Below are positions 1 to 15,000 of a DNA stretch of 64,000 bases, piece by piece (within the stretch, counting starts at the first letter, position 1; every line of letters begins with the position of its first letter). Source of the stretch: the human T2T-CHM13v2.0 reference genome, Homo sapiens; the NCBI RefSeq assembly GCF_009914755.1, contig NC_060939.1. One strand, written 5' to 3'. Below the pieces are notes generated by a model. The model had not been told where the DNA came from, did no database searches, and saw only the letters and a program-made list of their open reading frames with translations. Position numbers and translations under genes: made by a program.

Positions 1-3000
1 GTCCATTCCATTCCATTTCACTCCATTCGATTCCATTCCACTCGATTCCACTTCGTTCCATTTCATTGCATTCCATTCTATTCAACTCTATTGCCTTCCA
101 TTCCATTCCATTCGATTACATTCCATGCGATTCCATTCGAAATCGAATCAATTACATTGCAATCCATTACAATTGAGTCCATTTTATTCCAGTCCACTGC
201 ATTCTGGTCCATTCCATTTGATTCCATTCCATTCTATTCCATTCCATACAGTTGCATTCCATTGCATTCCATTCTATATCTATAAATTCAATTGGAGACC
301 ATTGCTTTTGAGTCCATTCTATATGATTCCATTCCATTCAAGTCCATTACATTTGGTTCAATTCCATTCCATTCCATTCCCTTCCATTCCATTCCAGTTG
401 ATATCAATCCATTCGATTCCATTCCATTCGAGCACATTCCATTCGAGTCCATTCCATTCGATGCCATTCCATTTGATTCTATTCCATTAGTCTCCATTCA
501 ATTCCATTAATCTCCATTCCATTCCATTCTACTCCAACTGATTCCATTCCATTCTATTCCTTTCCATTCCATTTCATTCCATTCCATTCCATTTCATTCC
601 ATTCCATTCCATTCGTGTCCATTCCACTCCAGTCCATTCCATTCGTGTCCATTCCATTCCAGTCCATTCCATTTGTGTCCACTGCATTCCATTCCACTCC
701 ATTCCATATTATTCCATTACACTCCATTCCATTCTATTACTTTCATTTCCATTCAATTCCATTCCATTTGATTCCATTCCACTCGGTTTCATTCCATTTG
801 AGTCCACTCCATTCCATTCCATTCCATTCCATTCAGTTCCATTCCATTCTGTTCCATTCCATTCCGTTCCATTACATTCCATTCCATTCGGTACCATTCC
901 ATATTGTTCCATTCGATTCCATTCGAATCCATTCCATTCCAGTCCATTCCATTCGATTCCATTCCATTCATTTCAATTCCATTCCATTCCATTCCATTAC
1001 ATTCCACTTGATTCCTCTCCATTCCCTTCCACTGCATTCCGTTCGATTCCATTCCATTGCATTGCATTCCATTCCATTGGATTGCATTCCATTCGATCTC
1101 ATTCCATTCGAATCAATTACATAGCAATCCATTACATTCGAGTGTATTCTATTCCGTTCCATTCGATTTCGTTCCAATCCATTCGATTCCATTCCATTCG
1201 ATTCCATTCCATACTATTGCATTCCATTCGATTACATTATATTCGAATAAGTTCCATTCAAGACCATTTCTTTTGAGTCCATTCTATTTGAGTCCATTCC
1301 CTTTGATTCCATAACATTTGAGTCCATTCAATTCCATTCCTTTCGTTTCCATTCCATTTGATGCCATTCCATTCAATTCTGTTCTACTCGACTCCAATAC
1401 ATTCAATTCCATTCCATCCGATTCCATTACATTCTTTTCATTTCTTATCCATTTCAAGCCATTCCACTCCATTCCATTCCACTCGTTTCCTTTCCATTCG
1501 AGTCCATTCCTCTCCAGTCCATTCCGTTCAATCCATTCCATTCCAGTCCATTCCATTCGAGTCCGTTCCATTCCAGTCCATTCCATTCGAGTCAATTCCA
1601 TCCCATTCGATGTCTTTCCATAACGATCCATTCCATTCTATTCCTTTCGATTCCATTCCATTCTATTTCATTCCATTCGATTCCCTTCCATTGGACTCCT
1701 TTCCATTCGAGTGCATTCCATTCCGTTCCATTTCTTTCCGTTCTGTACGATTCCTACCGTTCGATTTCATTTTGTTCCAGTCCATTCCTTTCGCGTCCAT
1801 TCCATTCCATTTCACTCCATTCGATTCCATTCCACTCGATTCCACTTCGTTCCATTTCATTGCATTCCATTCTATTCAACTCTATTGCCTTCCATTCCAT
1901 TCCATTCGATTACATTCATGCGATTCCATTCGAAATCGAATCAATTACATTGCAATCCATTACTATTGAGTCCGTTTTATTCCAGTCCACTGCATTCTGG
2001 TCCATTCCATTTGATTCCATTCCATTCTATTCCATTCCATACAGTTGCATTCCTTTGGATTCCATGCTATATCTATAAATTCAATTCGAGACCATTGCTT
2101 TTGAGTCCATTCTATATGATTCCATTCCATTCAAGTCCATTACATTTGGTTCAATTCCATTCCATTCCATTCCCTTCCATTCCATTCCAGTTGATATCAA
2201 TCCATTCGATTCCATTCCATTCGAGCACATTCCATTCGAGTCCATTCCATTCGATGCCATTCCATTTGATTCTATTCCATTAGTCTCCATTCAATTCCAT
2301 TAATCTCCATTCCATTCCATTCTACTCCAACTGATTCCATTCCATTCTATTCCTTTCCATTCCATTTCATTCCATTCCATTCCATTTCATTCCATTCCAT
2401 TCCATTCGCTTCCATTCCATTCGTGTCCATTCCACTCCAGTCCATTCCATTCGTGTCCATTCCATTCCAGTCCATTCCATTTGTGTCCACTGCATTCCAT
2501 TCCACTCCATTCCATATTATTCCATTACACTCCATTCCATTCTATTACTTTCATTTCCATTCAATTCCATTCAATTTGATTCCATTCCACTCGGATTCAT
2601 TCCATTTGAGTCCACTCCATTCCATTCCATTCCATTCCATTCCATTCAGTTCCATTCCATTCTGTTCCATTCCATATTGTTCCATTCGATTCCATTCGAA
2701 TCCATTCCATTCCAGTCCATTCCATTCGGTTCCATTCCATTCCTTTCAATTCCATTCCATTCCTTTCCATTCCACTTGATTCCACTCCATTCGCTTCCAC
2801 TGCTTTCCATTCGATTCCATTCCATTGCATTGCATTCCATTCCATTGGACTGCATTCCATTCGATTCCATTCCATTCGAATCAATTACATAGCAATCCAT
2901 TACATTCGAGTCTATTCTATTCCGTTCCATTCGATTTCGTTCCAATCCATTCGATTCCATTCCATTCGATTCCATTCCATACTATTGCATTCCATTCGAT

Positions 3001-6000
3001 TACATTATATTCGAATAAGTTCCATTCAAGACCATTTCTTTTGAGTCCATTCTATTTGAGTCCATTCCCTTTGATTCCATAACGTTTGAGTCCATTCAAT
3101 TCCATTCCTTTCGTTTCCATTCCATTTGATTCCATTCCATTCAATTCTGTTCTACTCGACTCCAATACATTCAATTCCATTCCATCCGATTCCATTACAT
3201 TCTTTTCATTTCTTATCCATTTCAAGCCCTTCCACTCCATTCCATTCCACTCGTTTCCTTTCCATTCGAGTCCATTCCTCTCCAGTCCATTCCGTTCAAT
3301 CCATTCCATTCCAGTCCATTCCATTCGAGTCCATTCCATTCCAGTCCATTCCATTCGAGTCAATTCCATCCCATTCGATGTCTTTCCATAACGATCCATT
3401 CCATTCTATTCCTTTCGATTCCATTCCATTCTATTTCATTCCATTCGATTCCCTTCCATTGGACTCCTTTCCATTCGAGTGCATTCCATTCCGTTCCATT
3501 TCTTTCCGTTCTGTACGATTCCTACCGTTCGATTTCATTTTGTTCCAGTCCATTCCTTTCGCGTCCATTCCATTCCATTTCACTCCATTCGATTCCATTC
3601 CACTCGATTCCACTTCGTTCCATTTCATTGCATTCCATTCTATTCAACTCTATTGCCTTCCATTCCATTCCATTCGATTACATTCCATGCGATTCCATTC
3701 GAAATCGAATCAATTACATTGCAATCCATTACTATTGAGTCCGTTTTATTCCAGTCCACTGCATTCTGGTCCATTCCATTTGATTCCATTCCATTCTATT
3801 CCATTCCATACAGTTGCATTCCATTGGATTCCATTCTATATCTATAAATTCAATTCGAGACCATTGCTTTTGAGTCCATTCTATATGATTCCATTCCATT
3901 CAAGTCCATTACATTTGGTTCAATTCCATTCCATTCCATTCCCTTCCATTCCATTCCAGTTGATATGAATCCATTCGATTCCATTCCATTCGAGCACATT
4001 CCATTCGAGTCCATTCCATTCGATGCCATTCCATTTGATTCTATTCCATTAGTCTCCATTCAATTCCATTAATCTCCATTCCATTCCATTCTACTCCAAC
4101 TGATTCCATTCCATTCTATTCCTTTCCATTCCATTTAATTCCATTCCATTACATTTCATTCCATTCCACTCCATTCGCTTCCATTCCATTCGTGTCCATT
4201 CCACTCCAGTCCATTCCATTCGTGTCCATTCCATTCCAGTCCATTCCATTTGTGTCCACTGCATTCCATTCCACTCCATTCCATATTATTCCATTACACT
4301 CCATTCCATTCTATTACTTTCATTTCCATTCAATTCCATTCCATTTGATTCCATTCCACTCGGTTTCATTCCATTTGAGTCCACTCCATTCCATTCCATT
4401 CCATTCCATTCCATTCCATTCAGTTCCATTCCATTCTGTTCCATTCCATATTGTTCCATTCGATTCCATTCGAATCCATTCCATTCCAGTCCATTCCATT
4501 CTGTTCCATTCCATTCCTTTCAATTCCATTCCATTCCTTTCCATTCCACTTGATTCCACTCCATTCGCTTCCACTGCTTTCCATTCGATTCCATTCCATT
4601 GCATTGCATTCCATTCCATTGGACTGCATTCCATTCGATTCCATTCCATTCGAATCAATTACATAGCAATCCATTACATTCGAGTCTATTCTATTCCGTT
4701 CCATTCGATTTCGTTCCAATCCATTCGATTCCATTCCATTCGATTCCATTCCATACTATTGCATTCCATTCGATTACATTATATTCGAATAAGTTCCATT
4801 CAAGACCATTTCTTTTGAGTCCATTCTATTTGAGTCCATTCCCTTTGATTCCATAACATTTGAGTCCATTCAATTCCATTCCTTTCGTTTCCATTCCATT
4901 TGATGCCATTCCATTCAATTCTGTTCTACTCGACTCCAATACATTCAATTCCATTCCATCCGATTCCATTACATTCTTTTCATTTCTTATCCATTTCAAG
5001 CCCTTCCACTCCATTCCATTCCACTCGTTTCCTTTCCATTCGAGTCCATTCCTCTCCAGTCCATTCCGTTCAATCCATTCCATTCCAGTCCATTCCATTC
5101 GAGTCCATTCCATTCCAGTCCATTCCATTCGAGTCAATTCCATTCCATTCGATGTCTTTCCATAACGATCCATTCCATTCTATTCCTTTCGATTCCATTC
5201 CATTCTATTTCATTCCATTCGATTCCTTTTCATTGGACTCCTTTCCATTCGAGTGCATTCCATTCCGTTCCATTTCTTTCCGTTCTGTACGATTCCTACC
5301 GTTCGATTTCATTTTGTTCCAGTCCATTCCTTTCGCGTCCATTCCATTCCATTTCACTCCATTCGATTCCATTCCACTCGATTCCACTTCGTTCCATTTC
5401 ATTGCATTCCATTCTGTTCAACTCTATTGCCTTCCATTCCATTCCATTCGATTACATTCCATGCGATTCCATTCGAAATCGAATCAATTACATTGCAATC
5501 CATTACTATAGAGTCCGTTTTATTCCACTCCACTGCATTCTGGTCCATTCCATTTGATTCCATTCCATTCTATTCCATTCCATACAGTTGCATTCCATTG
5601 GATTCCATTCTATATCTATAAATTCAATTCGAGACCATTGCTTTTGGGTCCATTCTATATGATTCCATTCCATTCAAGTCCATTACATTTGGTTCAATTC
5701 CATTCCATTCCATTCCATTCCATTCCATTCCAGTTGATATCAATCCATTCGATTCCATTCCATTCCAGCAAATTCCATTCGAGTCCATTCCATTCGATGC
5801 CATTCCATTTGGTTCTATTCCATTAGTCTCCATTCAATTCCATTAATCTCCATTCCATTCCATTCTACTCCAACTGATTCCATTCCATTCTATTCCTTTC
5901 CATTCCATTTCATTCCATTCCATTCCATTTCATTCCATTCCATTCCATTCCATTCCATTCGCTTCCATTCCATTCGTGTCCATTCCATTCCAGTCCATTC

Positions 6001-9000
6001 CATTTGTGTCCAGTGCATTCCATTCCACTCCATTATATATTATTCCATTACACTCCATTCCATTCTATTACTTTCATTTCCATTCAATTCCATTCCATTT
6101 GATTCCATTCCACTCGGTTTCATTCCATTTGAGTCCACTCCATTCCATTCCATTCCATTCCATTCAGTTCCATTCCATTCTGTTCCATTCCATTCCGTTC
6201 CATTACATTCCATTCCATTCGGTACCATTCCATATTGTTCCATTCGATTCCATTCGAATCCATTCCATTCCAGTCCATTCCATTCGATTCCATTCCATTC
6301 ATTTCAATTCCATTCCATTCCATTCCATTACATTCCACTTGATTCCTCTCCATTCCCTTCCACTGCATTCCGTTCGATTCCATTCCATTGCATTGCATTC
6401 CATTCCATTGGATTGCATTCCATTCGATTCCATTCCATTCGAATCAATTACATAGCAATCCATTACATTCGAGTCTATTCTATTCCGTTCCATTCGATTT
6501 CGTTCCAATCCATTCGATTCCATTCCATTCGATTCCATTCCATACTATTGCATTCCATTCGATTACATTATATTCGAATAAGTTCCATTCAAGACCATTT
6601 CTTTTGAGTCCATTCTATTTGAGTCCATTCCCTTTGATTCCATAACATTTGAGTCCATTCAATTCCATTCCTTTCGTTTCCATTCCATTTGATGCCATTC
6701 CATTCAATTCTGTTCTACTCGACTCCAATACATTCAATTCCATTCCATCCGATTCCATTACATTCTTTTCATTTCTTATCCATTTCAAGCCATTCCACTC
6801 CATTCCATTCCACTCGTTTCCTTTCCATTCGAGTCCATTCCTCTCCAGTCCATTCCGTTCAATCCATTCCATTCCAGTCCATTCCATTCGAGTCCGTTCC
6901 ATTCCAGTCCATTCCATTCGAGTCAATTCCATCCCATTCGATGTCTTTCCATAACGATCCATTCCATTCTATTCCTTTCGATTCCATTCCATTCTATTTC
7001 ATTCCATTCGATTCCCTTCCATTGGACTCCTTTCCATTCGAGTGCATTCCATTCCGTTCCATTTCTTTCCGTTCTGTACGATTCCTACCGTTCGATTTCA
7101 TTTTGTTCCAGTCCATTCCTTTCGCGTCCATTCCATTCCATTTCACTCCATTCGATTCCATTCCACTCGATTCCACTTCGTTCCATTTCATTGCATTCCA
7201 TTCTATTCAACTCTATTGCCTTCCTTTCCATTCCATTCGATTACATTCATGCGATTCCATTCGAAATCGAATCAATTACATTGCAATCCATTACTATTGA
7301 GTCCGTTTTATTCCAGTCCACTGCATTCTGGTCCATTCCATTTGATTCCATTCCATTCTATTCCATTCCATACAGTTGCATTCCATTGGATTCCATGCTA
7401 TATCTATAAATTCAATTCGAGACCATTGCTTTTGAGTCCATTCTATATGATTCCATTCCATTCAAGTCCATTACATTTGGTTCAATTCCATTCCATTCCA
7501 TTCCCTTCCATTCCATTCCAGTTGATATCAATCCATTCGATTCCATTCCATTCGAGCACATTAAATTCGAGTCCATTCCATTCGATGCCATTCCATTTGA
7601 TTCTATTCCATTAGTCTACATTCAATTCCATTCATCTCCATTCCATTCCATTCTACTCCAACTGATTCCATTCCATTCTATTCCTTTCCATTCCATTTCA
7701 TTCCATTCCATTCCATTTCATTCCATTCCATTCCATTCGTGTCCATTCCACTCCAGTCCATTCCATTCGTGTCCATTCCATTCCAGTCCATTCCATTTGT
7801 GTCCACTGCATTCCATTCCACTCCATTCCATATTATTCCTTTACACTCCATTCCATTCTATTACTTTCATTTCCATTCAATTCCATTCCATTTGATTCCA
7901 TTCCACTCGGTTTCATTCCATTTGAGTCCACTAAATTCCATTCCATTCCATTCCATTCAGTTCCATTCCATTCTGTTCCATTCCATTCCGTTCCATTACA
8001 TTCCATTCCATTCGGAACCATTCCATATTGTTCCATTCGATTCCATTCGAATCCATTCCATTCCAGTCCATTCCATTCGATTCCATTCCATTCATTTCAA
8101 TTCCATTCCATTCCATTACATTACATTCCACTTGATTCCTCTCCATTCCCTTCCACTGCATTCCGTTCGATTCCATTCCATTGCATTGCATTCCATTCCA
8201 TTGGATTGCATTCCATTCGATTCCATTCCATTCGAATCAATTACATAGCAATCCATTACATTCGAGTCTATTCTATTCCGTTCCATTCGATTTCGTTCCA
8301 ATCCATTCGATTCCATTCCATTCGATTCCATTCCATACTATTGCATTCCATTCTATTACATTATATTCGAATAAGTTCCATTCAAGACCGTTTCTTTTGA
8401 GTCCATTCTATTTGAGTCCATTCCCTTTGATTCCATAACATTTGAGTCCATTCAATTCCATTCCTTTCGTTTCCATTCCATTTGATGCCATTCCATTCAA
8501 TTCTGTTCTACTCGACTCCAATACATTCAATACCATTCCATCCGATTCCATTACATTCTTTTCATTTCTTATCCATTTCAAGCCATTCCACTCCATTCCA
8601 TTCCACTCGTTTCCTTTCCATTCGAGTCCATTCCTCTCCAGTCCATTCCGTTCAATCCATTCCATTCCAGTCCATTCCATTCGAGTCCGTTCCATTCCAG
8701 TCCATTCCATTCGAGTCAATTCCATTCCATTCGATGTCTTTCCATAACGATCCATTCCATTCTATTCCTTTCGATTCCATTCCATTCTATTTCATTCCAT
8801 TCGATTCCCTTCCATTGGACTCCTTTCCATTCGAGTGCATTCCATTCCGTTCCATTTCTTTCCGTTCTGTACGATTCCTACGTTCAATTTCATTTTGTTC
8901 CAGTCCATTCCTTTCGCGTCCATTCCATTCCATTTCACTCCATTCGATTCCATTCCACTCGATTCCACTTCGTTCCATTTCATTGCATTCCATTCTATTC

Positions 9001-12000
9001 AACTCTATTGCCTTCCATTCCATTCCATTCGATTACATTCCATGCGATTCCATTCGAAATCGAATCAATTACATTGCAATCCATTACTATAGAGTCCATT
9101 TTATTCCAGTCCACTGCATTCTGGTCCATTCCATTTGATTCCATTCCATTCTATTCCATTCCATACAGTTGCATTCCATTGGATTCCATTCTATGTCTAT
9201 AAATTCAATTCGAGACCATTGCTTTTGAGTCCATTCTATATGATTCCATTCCATTCAAGTCCATTACATTTGGTTCAATTCCATTCCATTCCATTCCCTT
9301 CCATTCCATTCCAGTTGATATCAATCCATTCGATTCCATTCCATTCGAGCACATTCCATTCGAGTCCATTCCATTCGATGCCATTCCATTTGGTTCTATT
9401 CCATTAGTCTCCATTCAATTCCATTAATCTCCATTCCATTCCATTCTACTCCAACTGATTCCATTCCATTCTATTCCTTTCCATTCCATTTCATTCCATT
9501 CCATTCCATTTCATTCCATTCCATTCCATTCCATTCCATTCGCTTCCATTCCATTCGTGTCCATTCCATTCCAGTCCATTCCATTTGTGTCCACTGCATT
9601 CCATTCCACTCCATTATATATTATTCCATTACACTCCATTCCATTCTATTACTTTCATTTCCATTCAATTCCATTCCATTTGATTCCATTCCACTCGGTT
9701 TCATTCCATTTGAGTCCACTCCATTCCATTCCATTCCATTCCACTCAGTTCCATTCCATTCTATTCCATTCCATTCCGTTCCATTGCATTCCATTCCATT
9801 CGGTACCATTCCATATTGTTCCATTCGATTCCATTCGAATCCATTCCATTCCAGTCCATTCCATTCGATTCCATTCCATTCCTTTCAATTCCATTCCATT
9901 CCATTCCATTCCACTTGATTCCACTCCATTCCCTTCCACTGCATTCCATTCGATTCCATTCCATTGCATTGCATTTCATTCCATTGGACTGCATTCCATT
10001 CGATTCCATTCCATTCGAATCAATTACATAGCAATCCATTACATTCGAGTCTATTCTCTTCCGTTCCATTCGATTTCGTTCCAATCCATTCGATTCCATT
10101 CCATTCGATTCCATTCCATACTATTGCATTCCATTCGATTACATTATATTCGAATAAGTTCCATTCAAGACCATTTCTTTTGAGTCCATTCTATTTGAGT
10201 CCATTCCCTTTGATTCCATAACATTTGAGTCCATTCAATTCCATTCCTTTCGTTTCCATTGCATTTGATGCCATTCCATTCAATTCTGTTCTACTCGACT
10301 CCAATACATTCAATTCCATTCCATCCGATTCCATTACATTCTTTTCATTTCTTATCCATTTCAAGCCATTCCACTCCATTCCATTCCACTCGTTTCCTTT
10401 CCATTCGAGTCCATTCCTCTCCAGTCCATTCCGTTCAATCCATTCCATTCCAGTCCATTCCATTCGAGTCCGTTCCATTCCAGTCCATTCCATTCGAGTC
10501 AATTCCATTCCATTCGATGTCTTTCCATAACGATCCATTCCATTCTATTCCTTTCGATTCCATTCCATTCTATTTCATTCCATTCGATTCCCTTCCATTG
10601 GACTCCTTTCCATTCGAGTGCATTCCATTCCGTTCCATTTCTTTCCGTTCTGAACGATTCCTACCGTTCGATTTCATTTTGTTTCAGTCCATTCCTTTCG
10701 CGTCCATTCCATTCCATTTCACTCCATTCGATTCCATTCCACTCGATTCCACTTCGTTCCATTTCATTGCATTCCATTCTATTCAACTCTATTGCCTTCC
10801 ATTCCATTCCATTCGATTACATTCCATGCGATTCCATTCGAAATCGAATCAATTACATTGCAATCCATTACTATTGAGTCCGTTTTATTCCAGTCCACTG
10901 CATTCTGGTCCATTCCATTTGATTCCATTCCATTCTATTCCATTCCATACAGTTGCATTCCATTGGATTCCATGCTATATCTATAAATTCAATTCGAGAC
11001 CATTGCTTTTGAATCCATTCTATATGATTCCATTCCATTCAAGTCCATTACATTTGGTTCAATTCCATTCCATTCCATTCCCTTCCATTCCATTCCAATT
11101 GATATCAATCCATTCGATTCCATTCCATTCGTGCACATTCCATTCGAGTCCATTCCATTCGATGCCATTCCATTTGATTCTATTCCATTAGTCTCCATTC
11201 AATTCCATTAATCTCCATTCCATTCCATTCTACTCCAACTGATTCCATTCCATTCTATTCCTTTCCATTCCATTTCATTCCATTCCATTCCATTTCATTC
11301 CATTCCATTCCATTCGTGTCCATTCCACTCCAGTCCATTCCACTCGTGTCCATTCCATTCCAGTCCATTCCATTTGTGTCCACTGCATTCCATTCCACTC
11401 CATTCCATATTATTCCATTACAATCCATTCCATTCTTTTACTTTCATTTCCATTCAATTCCATTCCATTTGATTCCATTCCACTCGGTTTCATTCCATTT
11501 GAGACCATTCCATACCATTCCATTGCATTCCATTCCATTCCATTGCATTCCATTCCATTCAGTACCATTCCATTCTGTTCCATTCCATTCCATTCCATTC
11601 GGTACCATTCCATATTGTTCCATTCGATTCCATTCGAATCCATTCCATTCCAGTCCATTCCATTCGATTCCATTCCATTCCTTTCAATTCCATTCCTTTC
11701 CATTCCACTTGATTCCACTCCATTCCCTTCCACTGCATTCCATTCGATTCCATTCCATTGCATTGCATTCCATTCCATTGGATTGCATTCCATTCGATTC
11801 CATTCCATTCGAATCAATTACATAGCAATCCATTACATTCGACTCTATTCTATTCCATTCCATACGATTTCATTCCAATCCACTCGATTCCAATCCATTC
11901 GATTCCATTCCATACTATTAAACTCCATTCGATTAAATTATATTCGAATAAGTTCCATTCAAGACCATTTCTTTTGAGTCCATTCTATTTGAGTCCATTC

Positions 12001-15000
12001 ACTTTGATTCCATAACATTTGAGTCCATTCAATTCCATTCCTTTCGTTTCCATTCCATTTGATGCCATTCCATTCAATTCTGTTCTACTCGACTCCAATA
12101 CATTCAATTCCATTCCATCCGATTCCATTACATTCTTTTCATTTCTTATCCATTTCAAGCCATTCCATTCCATTCCATTCCACTCGTTTCCTTTCCATTC
12201 GAGTCCGTTCCTCTCCAGTCCATTCCGTTCAATCCATTACATTCCAGTCCATTCCATTCGAGTCCGTTTCATTCCAGTCCATTCCATTCGAGTCAATTCC
12301 ATTCCATTCGATGACTTTCCATAACGATCCATTCCATTCTATTCCTTTCGATTCCATTCCGTTCTATTTCATTCCATTCGATTCCCTTCCATTGGACTCC
12401 TTTCCATTCGAGTGCATTCCATTCCGTTCCATTTCTTTCCGTTCTGTACGATTCCTAACGTTCGATTTCATTTTGTTCCAGTCCATTCCTTTCGCGTCCA
12501 TTCCATTCCATTTCACTCCATTCGATTCCATTCCACTCGATTCCACTTCGTTCCATTTCATTGCATTCCATTCTATTCAACTCTATTGCCTTCCATTCCA
12601 TTCCATTCTATTACATTCCATGCGATTCCATTCAAAATCGAATCAATTACATTGCAATCCATTACTATTGAGTCCGTTTTATTCCAGTCCACTGCATTCT
12701 GGTCCATTCCATTTGATTCCATTCCATTCTATTCCATTCCATACAGTTGCATTCCATTGGATTCCATTCTATATCTATAAATTCAATTCGAGACCATTGA
12801 TTTTGAGTCCATTCTATATGATTCCATTCCATTCAAGTCCATTACATTTGGTTCAATTCCATTCCATTCCATTCCCTTCCATTCCATTCCATTTAACATC
12901 AATCCATTCGATTCCATTCCATTCGAGCACATTCCATTCGAGTCCATTCCATTCGATGCCATTCCATTTGATTCTATTCCATTAGTCTCCATTCAATTCC
13001 ATTAATCTCCATTCCATTCCATTCTACTCTAACTGATTCCATTCCATTCTATTCCTTTCCATTCCATTTCATTCCATTCCACTCCATTTCATTCCATTCC
13101 ATTCCATTCGCTTCCATTCCATTCGTGTCCATTCCTCTCCAGTCCATTCCATTCGTGTCCATTCCATTTGTGTCCACTGCATTCCATTCCACTCCATTCC
13201 ATATTATTCCATTCCATTCCATTCCATTCTATTACTTTCATTTCCATTCAATTCCATTCCATTTGATTCCATTCCACTCGGTTTCATTCCATTTGAGTCC
13301 ATTCCATAACATTCCATTCCATTCCATTCCATTCAGTTCCATTGCATTCTATTCCATTCCATTCCATTCCATTCCATTCCATTCGGTACCATTCCATATT
13401 GTTCCATTCGATTCCATTCGAATCCATTCCATTCCAGTCCATTCCATTCGATTCCATTCCATTCCTTTCAATTCCATTCCATTCCATTCCACTTGATTAC
13501 ACTCCATTCCCTTCCACTGCATTCCATTCGATTCCATTCCATTGCATTGCATTCCATTCCATTGGATTGCATTCCATTCGATTCCATTCCATTCGAATCA
13601 ATTACATAGCAATCCATTACATTCGAGTCTATTTTATTCCGTTCCATTCGATTTCGTTCCAATCCACTCAATTCCAATCCATTCGATTCCATTCCATACT
13701 ATTGTATTCCATTCGATTAAATTATATTCGAATAAGTTCCATTCAAGACCATTTCTTTTGAGTCTATTCTATTTGAGTCCATTCCCTTTGATTCCATAAC
13801 ATTTGAGTCCATTCAATTCCATTCCTTTCGTTTCCATTCCATTTGATGCCATTCCATTCAATTCGGTTCTACTCGACTCCAATACATTCAATTCCATTCC
13901 ATCCGATTCCATTACATTCTTTTCATTCCTTATCCATTTCAAGCCATTCCATTCCATTCCATTCCACTCGTTTCCTTTCCATTCGAGTCCGTTCCTCTCC
14001 TGTCCATTCCGTTCAATCTATTACATTCCAGTCCATTCCATTCGAGTCCGTTCCATTCCAGTCCATTCCATTCGAGTCAATTCCATTCCATTCGATGTTT
14101 TTCCATAACGATCCATTCCATTCTATTCCTTTCGATTCCATTCCGTTCTATTTCATTCCATTCGATTCCCTCCCATTGGACTCCTTTCCATTCGAGTGCA
14201 TTCCATTCCATTCCATTTCTTTCCGTTCTGTACGATTACTACCGTTCGATTTCATTTTGTTCCAGTCCATTCCTTTCGCGTCCATTCCATTCCATTTCAC
14301 TCCATTCGATTCCATTCCACTCGATTCCATTTCGTTCCATTTCATTGCATTCCATTCTATTCAACTCTATTGCCTTCCATTCCATTCCATTCGATTACAT
14401 TCCATGCGATTCCATTCGAAATCGAATCAATTACATTGCAATCCATTACTATAGAGTCCGTGTTATTCCACTCCACTGCATTCTGGTCCATTCCATTTGA
14501 TTCCATTCCATTCTATTCCATTCCATACTGTTGCATTCCATTGGATTCCATTCTATATCTATAAATTCAATTCGAGACCATTGCTTTTGAGTCCATTCTA
14601 TATGATTCCATTCCATTCAAGTCCACTACATTTGGTTCCATTCCATTCCATTCCCTTCCGTTCCATTCCATTTGATATAAATGCATTCGATTCCATTCCA
14701 TTCGAGCACATTCCATTCGAGTCCATTCCATTTGATTCTATTCCATTAGTCTCCATTCAATTCCATTAATCTCCATTCCATTCCATTCTACTCCAACTGA
14801 TTCCATTCCATTCTATTCCTTTCCATTCCATTTCATTCCATTCCACTCCATTTCATTGCATTCCATTCCATTCGCTTCCATTCCATTCGTGTCCATTCCA
14901 CTCCAGTCCATTCCATTCGTGTCCATTCCATTCCAGTCCATTCCATTTTTGTCCACTGCATTCCATTACACTCCATTCCATATTATTCCATTACACTCCA

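Noticed and set aside
130-160. TTCGAAATCGAA as a heat-shock element
   Set aside because: The spacing does not fit alternating nGAAn units (GAAnnTTCnnGAA), and I found no canonical tripartite HSE by eye.
272-290. TATAAA once per monomer as a promoter
   Set aside because: It is an imperfect TATA consensus and the homologue of the AATAAG position in the other half-monomer. There is no other promoter evidence.
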